Assembly: GCA_944320495.1 (NCBI GenBank)
Contig: CALUHR010000012.1
Span: 1 to 11,848, forward strand
Reading direction: 5' to 3'
Length of the DNA stretch: 11,848 nucleotides
DNA from: Candidatus Methanomethylophilaceae archaeon
GTDB lineage: Archaea; Thermoplasmatota; Thermoplasmata; Methanomassiliicoccales; Methanomethylophilaceae
The position numbers and the translations under genes were made by a program. The notes under the pieces are model-generated. The model had not been told where the DNA came from. It made no database searches and saw only the letters and a list, made by a program, of their open reading frames with translations. Within the stretch, counting starts at the first letter, position 1; the number at the start of each line of letters is the position of its first letter. Shown here piece after piece: positions 6,311-11,848 of the stretch.

Positions 6311-8531
6311 TCGCCCGTCGAGGGGGTCGGCACCCTCCGGCCCCCACCTGGCGTACGGGATCGTCGCCTCGATCCTCGGGCCGAGGTCCTCCCCGGGCAT
6401 GTGCCAGTCCACGGACCCGTCCCGCTCGGCCATGTGGATGGTCGGGATGGCGGCGGCCGGCACCATGACGGCCACAACCTCCACGGCCATGGTCCTTGGG
6501 AACCCGTCCATGTCTCCGGCATCGGACGGTGGGTGTTTCCGGTTGTTTCGCGGGGGATCGGAACGGCCTTCCGACCATCTGCCTCGTCCCCCTGCATTCC
6601 GGATACCCGGTGCATCCCCAGAACATGGACCCGGGCTTCCCCACGGCGCGCATGGCGCACCCGCACTCCGGGCAGATGACCTCCGACCTGGAGAGCTCGC
6701 GGGCGTTGTCGGCGAGGATCTCCGACGTGAACCTGCCGGTCGCGGACAGCGCGTAGCCGTCGTCATCGGTGCGGTTCACGATGAACAGGCCCTTCCTGGC
6801 ACGTGTCATGGCAACGTAGAACACCCTGCGCTCCTCCGCGAGATCCGTGCCCTCGGGACGGGCGCCGAACAGCGTGTCGATCGGGTCCGTCACGGTGCTC
6901 GGGAACCCTCCTCCGCGCTCCCTGTCGGCGATCACGAAGACCCAGTCCGCCTCCAGGCCCTTGGATGAATGGGCGGTCATGAAGACGGCGTCGCGCACCG
7001 GGACCCACAGCCCCGTCTCCGCATCGAGCCTCGAGAATGTCACCAGCTCCGTCCCGGAGGGGTCCGACGCCGTGAACTCGAACTGCCCCGTGCCTCCGCC
7101 CAGGGCGTAGATGTCGGAGCGGTTGCGGCCGATGATCATGACCGTATCCTCCGGGTCCAGCAGCTGCAGGCGGTTGGCCACCATACGCTGGATGTCCGAG
7201 TCGCACGTCACCGGCAGCAGATGGATCGGATACCTCGGCGCGGGGACTCCGATGATGGACTTGCGCATCTGGGACGGGTTCTTCAGGATGAAGCGTCCGG
7301 CCATGTCCGCGATCTGCTGTGGGCAGCGGTAGGTGCGCTCTATCCTCCTGACGGACACGGGACCCCACTCCCTCCAGCACTCCTCGAACCCGTAGGTCTG
7401 CCACACGTCGCCTCCGGCGAACGAGTAGATGCTCTGCCAGTCGTCACCGGCGCAGAACAGGTCGAACCCCCACACGCGCCTCAGCGCGCGTATCAGACCG
7501 ACGAGGATCGGGGTGACGTCCTGGTACTCGTCGATGAGGACGTGACTGTACGAGAACGAGGGCACATGCCCGCCCTCGAGCATGGACTCCGCGAGCGTCA
7601 CCATGTCCTCGAAATCCGCCAGGTCGTGCTCGGAGCATGCCAACGCGTAGTCGTCCCAGACCGCGTCGAGGACGCGGAGCCTGGCCCCCAGACGCTCCCT
7701 CGAACCTCCTGGCACCTGTTCCAGACGGGACCTCAGGTCCGCCACGGTCCTGCGGGCGCATTTGCATCTGGATATCGCGGCTCCCACCGAATCGGGGATC
7801 CTGGACCCCCAGGACTCCAGCAGCCCCTCGGCCAGCTCATGCTGGCTCATCGGCTCCGCCCGTGGGAACACCCTCGACACGTACGAGATGGCCTCGCGCT
7901 GGTCCCTGGCCGCATCCCTGACGCAGCGCTCGTCGGCGTAGATCCTGAGCCCGACCGATGGGATGTCGATGTGCGCCTGCACGTATCCCTGCGAATGGTC
8001 CGGCCGGGAGTACTCGAACCCCACCCTGCGGCGGAACAGCTCGTCCCCCAGGGCCCTGAACCCGCGGTTGCCGATTGACTGGCCGCTGTAGCAGAGGTCC
8101 CCGCTCCCGAAGGAGCGCATGTCATCCGCCCAGGCAAGAAGGTCGGCGGCGAACGACGGGTCCTCCGACACCCTCCTGCGCATGATGTCCGCGAGCAACT
8201 CCGTCCTGCGGAGGCCCACGCACGGCATCCTGCCCGAGATGCGGTGGCCCAGCGAATGGATGGTCATGACGGAGCCACGGAACATGTCGCCGAACTCCTC
8301 GCGCATGGCGCGGCGCAGGTCGGCCACGGTGTTGTTGGTCAGCGAGATGACCAGGATGGACGAGGGATCCGCGCCCTCCCCCAGGAGCCTGGACACGCGA
8401 CCTATGAGCGTGGTCGTCTTCCCGGTACCCGCCCCTGCGAGGACCAACCTTGTGAGATCGTCGCCCGAGATGGCATCCATCTGCTGCTCGTTGAGCGACC
8501 TCCCCCTAACCTTCACGCTTCCGCTGGCCAT
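6273..8531 (-). CDS. UvrD/Rep-family SF1A helicase, HelD (helicase IV)-like, with C-terminal topoisomerase-type C4 zinc ribbon
   Basis: Motifs [48 protein letters not shown] and [14 protein letters not shown]. Zn ribbon CPECG...[10 protein letters not shown] at 6594-6674. Start ATG 8531 lies 22 bp after a TTCAAATA box. The last ~100 codons (about 6570-6273) are not protein-like. Confidence 0.93.
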   Translation of the reverse strand: MASGSVKVRGRSLNEQQMDAISGDDLTRLVLAGAGTGKTTTLIGRVSRLLGEGADPSSILVISLTNNTVADLRRAMREEFGDMFRGSVMTIHSLGHRISGRMPCVGLRRTELLADIMRRRVSEDPSFAADLLAWADDMRSFGSGDLCYSGQSIGNRGFRALGDELFRRRVGFEYSRPDHSQGYVQAHIDIPSVGLRIYADERCVRDAARDQREAISYVSRVFPRAEPMSQHELAEGLLESWGSRIPDSVGAAISRCKCARRTVADLRSRLEQVPGGSRERLGARLRVLDAVWDDYALACSEHDLADFEDMVTLAESMLEGGHVPSFSYSHVLIDEYQDVTPILVGLIRALRRVWGFDLFCAGDDWQSIYSFAGGDVWQTYGFEECWREWGPVSVRRIERTYRCPQQIADMAGRFILKNPSQMRKSIIGVPAPRYPIHLLPVTCDSDIQRMVANRLQLLDPEDTVMIIGRNRSDIYALGGGTGQFEFTASDPSGTELVTFSRLDAETGLWVPVRDAVFMTAHSSKGLEADWVFVIADRERGGGFPSTVTDPIDTLFGARPEGTDLAEERRVFYVAMTRARKGLFIVNRTDDDGYALSATGRFTSEILADNARELSRSEVICPECGCAMRAVGKPGSMFWGCTGYPECRGTRQMVGRPFRSPAKQPETPTVRCRRHGRVPKDHGRGGCGRHGAGRRHPDHPHGRAGRVRGLAHARGGPRPEDRGDDPVRQVGAGGCRPPRRAISPRGSCAPSRP
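6311..6511 (-). pseudogene. Small ORF or decaying gene with an interrupted N-terminal hydrophobic (membrane-anchor-like) segment
   Basis: [44 protein letters not shown]...DPLDG. 63 of 66 codons between 6511 and 6314 end in G/C. The frame continues into pyrG and stops at 6251. Confidence 0.4.
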
Positions 8532-8552
8532 GAGACGGGGATTCGACTCTGG

Positions 8553-8560
8553 TATTTGAA
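8553..8560 (-). promoter_or_regulatory. Putative TATA box of the helicase gene (leaderless)
   Basis: Minus strand TTCAAATA, one mismatch from TTTAAATA, 22 bp upstream of ATG 8531. Confidence 0.45.
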
Positions 8561-8594
8561 TCGGATAACGGGGGTGCACCGAATACCCTCACCG

Positions 8595-9130
8595 TTGAAT
8601 CCGAAGACGGATTCGAACACCGGGATGGTCTCACCTATCGTCGTTGCAGTGGCGGCCGTTGCCGCGTACATCGCCCTGGCAACGTGATGGAACGACGGTC
8701 CCGCAGGAGTCGTGTATGAATGGAACGGGGGACCTAGGGGGAGGGCACGTACAGGCACCGTACGATCGTCCTCGACAACACGTTCAGGAACGGGAACTAC
8801 CGGTTCATCGGATGGAACAGGGGGGGGCGAAGGCATCGGGACGTCGTATCAGCCCGACGATGCGGCATCGCATCCCGCCCACGGGAACATGAGGCCGTAC
8901 GCGCAGTGGTCGACCGGGAAGGTGCATCCCATCGTCCCGTGCTCCGAGTTGAACGGAATGTCCCGGACCTCGGACATCTCGTTTGCCGCGACGGCATCCC
9001 ATGCTTCGGCTTCGTGCCGACCTCGGATGTCGTGACAACCGCCATGGTCCATACGATCCCATTGATCGTCGGTCGGGCCTCCGGGTCCGGCCACGAACAC
9101 CCGTTCGACGGCATTCCGGTTCCCCTGCCG
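8595..9130 (+). pseudogene. Degenerate membrane-anchored protein with an InlB B-repeat / Listeria-Bacteroides repeat (Flg_new) domain
   Basis: Reconstruction across frames: ...MVSPIVVAVAAVAAYIALAT*WNDGPAGVVYEWNGG/T*GEGTYRHRTIVLDNTFRNGNYRFIGWNR/GGEGIGTSYQPDDAASHPAHGNMRPYAQWS. This fits the V.Y..NGG...N.F...GY.F.GWN...DG.GTSY...LYAQW pattern. Stops at 8685 and 8735; frameshifts at G-runs 8727-8731 and 8820-8827. The 3' boundary is approximate. Confidence 0.75.
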
Positions 9131-9159
9131 GGCACCCCTTTATTGCGCGCACGCGAGTC

Positions 9160-9197
9160 TTTATAAGGGGGACCATACTAGCCTCGCCCATAGGTGA
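9160..9197 (+). promoter_or_regulatory. TATA box (TTTATAA, 9160-9166) and Shine-Dalgarno (AGGTGA, 9192-9197) of the aIF-2beta operon
   Basis: Consensus-like elements at canonical spacing upstream of ATG 9203. Confidence 0.7.
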
Positions 9198-9202
9198 ACA
9201 CG

Positions 9203-9838
9203 ATGTCCGCTGAAGACGATTACATGGCACTCCTCAACAGGGCGAAGATCGCATGCCCCGAGACGATCGAGAACCACGAGAGGTTCGAGCTCCCCGAGCT
9301 CGACATCCTCCAGGAGGGCAAGATCACGATCTTCAAGAACTTCATCGACGTCACCGACAAGCTCAGGCGCGACCCGCAGCACCTGCTGCAGTTCCTGCTC
9401 AAGGAGCTCGGTGCCCCCGGAAACATCGAGGGCAGACGCGCCGTGTTCAAGGCGAAGATCAGCCCCCAGCAGATCGACGACAAGATCCAGATGTACACCG
9501 AGACCTACGTCATCTGCTCCGAGTGCGGCCTCCCCGACACCAAGATGGTGAAGGAGGACAGGACCCTCATGCTCGAGTGCGAGGCCTGCGGTGCCCGCAG
9601 ACCCATCACCGTCAGGAAGGGCGTCCGCGTGGACACCGGCAACACCCTCCACGAGGGCGACATCATCGAGGTCCGCATCACCGACGTCGGGAAGAAGGGC
9701 GACGGCACCTCCAAGTTCCACGACTACCTCATCATCGTACCCGGCACCGTCAAGGGAGCCAGCGTCCACGCGAAGATCACCAAGATCTCCGCCAAGACCG
9801 CCTTCGCAGTCCCGACCACGGAGCCCTGCACCCGCTGA
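9203..9838 (+). CDS. eif2b: Translation initiation factor aIF-2 subunit beta with C-terminal TRAM domain, 211 aa
   Basis: DDYMALLNRA...ERFELPE...TIFKNFIDVTDKLRRDPQHLLQFLLKELG...; Zn ribbon CSECGLPDT...LECEACGA; TRAM HEGDIIEVRITDVGKKGDG...IIVPGTVKG...KITKI. The SD favours ATG 9203 over GTG 9194. Confidence 0.96.
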   Translation: MSAEDDYMALLNRAKIACPETIENHERFELPELDILQEGKITIFKNFIDVTDKLRRDPQHLLQFLLKELGAPGNIEGRRAVFKAKISPQQIDDKIQMYTETYVICSECGLPDTKMVKEDRTLMLECEACGARRPITVRKGVRVDTGNTLHEGDIIEVRITDVGKKGDGTSKFHDYLIIVPGTVKGASVHAKITKISAKTAFAVPTTEPCTR

Positions 9839-11082
9839 TGCGCTTCTGGGTAGAGTCCTACGGCTGCACCATGAACCGCGGCGAGGGCCGCGGTCTGGCC
9901 GAGGACATGGCCTCCCTCGGATATGAGGAGGCCTCATCCGCCGACGAGGCGGACATCGTGGTGCTGAACACCTGCACCGTCGTCGAGACCACGGAGAAGC
10001 ACATGCTCTCCCGGATGTCCCAGCTGAGGATGTCCGGGAAACGTGTCATCGTCACCGGGTGCATGGCGAAGGCGCAGCCCCAGAGGGTGCTCATAAGACT
10101 TCCCGACTCCCCTGTGATCCCCCCCGAGTCCTACGACTCCTTCAGGGGGACCGTCAGGGAGAGGTTCGGTATTGCCGGGCCCCCGATCATTCTTCCGCAG
10201 GGTACCGAGGCCGTGCTGCCGATCGCGCAGGGCTGCCTCGGTAACTGCTCATACTGCATAACCAAGCTGGCTAGGGGCGACCTGAGGACGTACGACCACG
10301 ATGCCCTCCTGAGGAGGTTCGACTCGTTCCTCGCCGGAGGCGCGAGGGAGATTCTCGTCACCGCCCAGGACACCGCAGCGTTCGGACACGACAACGGCGA
10401 CTCCCTGCCGGCCCTTCTGAAGGACATGCTCTCCCGCGAGGGCGACTTCAGGCTGAGGATCGGCATGGCCGACCCCGCCAGCGTCATCCGCGTGCGCGAA
10501 GGCCTCGCGGACCTCATGGACGACCCCCGTCTGTACAGGTTTCTCCACATACCCGTGCAGAGCGGCAGTGACACCGTCCTGCGGGCAATGAGGCGCAAGT
10601 ACACCGTGGAGAGGTTCATGGAGCTCGTCGACGACCTAAGAGCCGACGTGCCCGGCATAAGCATCGCCACAGACCTAATATGCGGCTTCCCGGGCGAGAC
10701 CGACGGGGATCACGCGATGAGCGTGGACCTGATACGCCGGCTGAGGGCGGACACAGTGAACATCACAAGATTCTCGTCCCGCCCCGGCACCGATGCCGCA
10801 CTGATGCCCCAGGTGTCCGGAGGCGTGAGCTCCGCCCGCTCCGCCGAGCTCACGAGGGTGAAGAACGAGACCGAGCTGGATGTCAACACCGGACTCGTGG
10901 GAAGGACCTTCCGCTGCCTCGCCACCGAGGTCGGGAAGGAGGGCACGATCCTCAGGAACGGATTCTACAGGCCCATCGTCGTAAGGGAGGATGTTCCCCT
11001 CGGGACCTTCGTCGACGCCAGGGTCGATGAGGCCAGGTCCACCTATCTCCTCGGCACATTGACCGAGGGGCGGGCACAGTAA
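9838..11082 (+). CDS. MiaB/MtaB-family radical-SAM tRNA methylthiotransferase (probably archaeal t6A37 methylthiotransferase), 414 aa
   Basis: UPF0004 N-domain cysteines (YGCTMN, NTCTV, VTGCM), CLGNCSYC radical-SAM motif, FLHIPVQSGSD, ICGFPGETD, and a C-terminal TRAM. The ATG overlaps the aIF-2beta stop (TGATG). Assignment to the MtaB subfamily is inference. Confidence 0.92.
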   Translation: MRFWVESYGCTMNRGEGRGLAEDMASLGYEEASSADEADIVVLNTCTVVETTEKHMLSRMSQLRMSGKRVIVTGCMAKAQPQRVLIRLPDSPVIPPESYDSFRGTVRERFGIAGPPIILPQGTEAVLPIAQGCLGNCSYCITKLARGDLRTYDHDALLRRFDSFLAGGAREILVTAQDTAAFGHDNGDSLPALLKDMLSREGDFRLRIGMADPASVIRVREGLADLMDDPRLYRFLHIPVQSGSDTVLRAMRRKYTVERFMELVDDLRADVPGISIATDLICGFPGETDGDHAMSVDLIRRLRADTVNITRFSSRPGTDAALMPQVSGGVSSARSAELTRVKNETELDVNTGLVGRTFRCLATEVGKEGTILRNGFYRPIVVREDVPLGTFVDARVDEARSTYLLGTLTEGRAQ

Positions 11083-11112
11083 GAAATATCGAGACCCTTT
11101 TCCCCGAACCAT

Positions 11113-11188
11113 AGTCCTGTAGTGTAGTGGTCAATCATGCTGGCCTTTGGAGCCGGTGACCTCGGTTCGAACCCGGGCAGGACTGCCA
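11113..11188 (+). tRNA. tRNA-Gln (anticodon TTG), CCA encoded, no intron
   Basis: Acceptor AGTCCTG/CAGGACT (A1-U72, typical of archaeal tRNA-Gln); anticodon arm CTGGC-CTTTGGA-GCCGG with TTG at 11147-11149; T arm CTCGG-TTCGAAC-CCGGG; G discriminator followed by CCA. Confidence 0.97.
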
Positions 11189-11208
11189 TCCACATTCTGA
11201 TTCCAGAA

Positions 11209-11691
11209 TCATGCGACAGAGGGTTTGCAGAATCTCTCGACGGCATCGAGCTGCGATTCGTCGTAGAAGCTGCCTCCCTCCATCATAGCGTCGAAGATCG
11301 GCCTGTTGAACTCATTGAGCCCCTTGAGCTTCATCATCACGGATACGGCCAGGAGGATGGTCTTATCGAAGACGTTCAACTTGGAGCGGTCGATCCATCC
11401 GCGCATGTAGAACACGGGAACGGAGACGGAGTTCCTGTCGAGGACCTTGGGCTTGTTGGACTCGAAACGGCCGGCTTCATCGAGCGCGACCACGCAAACG
11501 GCCTTGAGCCTCTTCCTGTCGATGCCACGGATGCCCACGATGTCGATGCCCCTCATCCATCCGAAGAAGACGATCTGCTCACCGTCGGGGATGCCCCCGT
11601 CGATAGGGAAGCAGCCGCACCCGATGCGGGATGCGAGCGCCTCGGCATATGCCTTCGAAGATCCGGATTTGGAACTGTAGACGACGATCAT
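11209..11691 (-). CDS. Flavodoxin-fold protein (Flavodoxin_5/HemG-like), about 160 aa
   Basis: N-terminal MIVVYSSKSGSSKAYAEALA (FMN phosphate-binding loop), IVFFGWMRG, VFYMRGWIDRSKLNVFDK. Alternative start GTG 11700. Confidence 0.75.
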   Translation of the reverse strand: MIVVYSSKSGSSKAYAEALASRIGCGCFPIDGGIPDGEQIVFFGWMRGIDIVGIRGIDRKRLKAVCVVALDEAGRFESNKPKVLDRNSVSVPVFYMRGWIDRSKLNVFDKTILLAVSVMMKLKGLNEFNRPIFDAMMEGGSFYDESQLDAVERFCKPSVA

Positions 11692-11754
11692 GATGACCAC
11701 GACTGAACCGATGAATCTTGAAGAAATGAGGGAAATGGACGTTCGATGCTACGT

Positions 11755-11847
11755 TTAGTGCATGGTAAGCTGCCTCGGAATTGCCGGGAAACTCGCTCGG
11801 AGTTTCCTTGCAATGTTCCTCATGTAAGGCATGAGGATGTGTGATCC
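11755..11847 (-). CDS. Possible 3' end of a gene entering from the right edge
   Basis: Open frame GSHILMPYMRNIARKLRASFPAIPRQLTMH* ending TAA at 11755-11757; only 31 codons are visible. Confidence 0.25.
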   Translation of the reverse strand, partial: GSHILMPYMRNIARKLRASFPAIPRQLTMH

Positions 11848-11848
11848 C

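Noticed and set aside
8609-8618. GTTCGAATCC on the minus strand resembling a tRNA T-loop
   Set aside because: The flanks do not form a T-stem or cloverleaf.
8513-9100. In-frame minus-strand ORFs 8849-9100 and 8513-8836 separated by one TGA (possible readthrough or selenocysteine)
   Set aside because: They are the antisense shadow of the plus-strand Flg_new relic; no SECIS-like element or family motif is visible.
9135-9171. CTTTAT direct repeat 21 bp apart with a weak CCCCTT/AAGGGG stem
   Set aside because: Too short to separate from ordinary promoter composition.
9253-9837. N-terminal 195-codon extension of the methylthiotransferase ORF (possible frameshift fusion with aIF-2beta)
   Set aside because: It is an out-of-frame reading of eif2b (Arg/Pro/His-rich). 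The TGATG overlap and the family N-terminus at 9838 explain the locus, and no slippery site was seen.
11113-11188. tRNA as a possible integration site for an element to its right
   Set aside because: No integrase or duplicated tRNA 3' end in the window; only 660 bp downstream are visible.
11194-11209. ATTCTG/CAGAAT 6-bp hairpin between the tRNA and the convergent flavodoxin gene
   Set aside because: The stem is weak and there is no U-tract, so it is not supportable as a terminator.

Overview
High-GC archaeal chromosomal window, by inference Thermoplasmatota/Methanomassiliicoccales-like (archaeal-type uS12/uS7/EF-2, aIF-2beta with TRAM, tRNA-Gln with A1-U72, Listeria-Bacteroides-repeat relic). 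Left: str-type operon rps12-rps7-fusA on the minus strand (EF-2 runs off the window) with its own TATA promoter and a structured leader. Next come a 607-aa uncharacterised beta-rich protein (-) and divergent CTP synthase pyrG (+). An accessory block at about 6311-9130 holds a bacterial HelD/helicase IV-like UvrD helicase with a topoisomerase-type Zn ribbon (-), flanked by two apparently decaying membrane-anchored genes, one a frameshifted InlB-B/Flg_new-repeat pseudogene that the ORF track does not show. Right: aIF-2beta-TRAM coupled to a MiaB/MtaB-family methylthiotransferase, tRNA-Gln(TTG), and a convergent flavodoxin-fold gene. No CRISPR array, transposase or rRNA was seen. I cannot support a complete new multi-gene system. 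The best leads are the hidden adhesin pseudogene, the atypical helicase, the orphan protein with a PIP-like motif, and two candidate structured RNAs. All family assignments come from motif recognition, not database searches.
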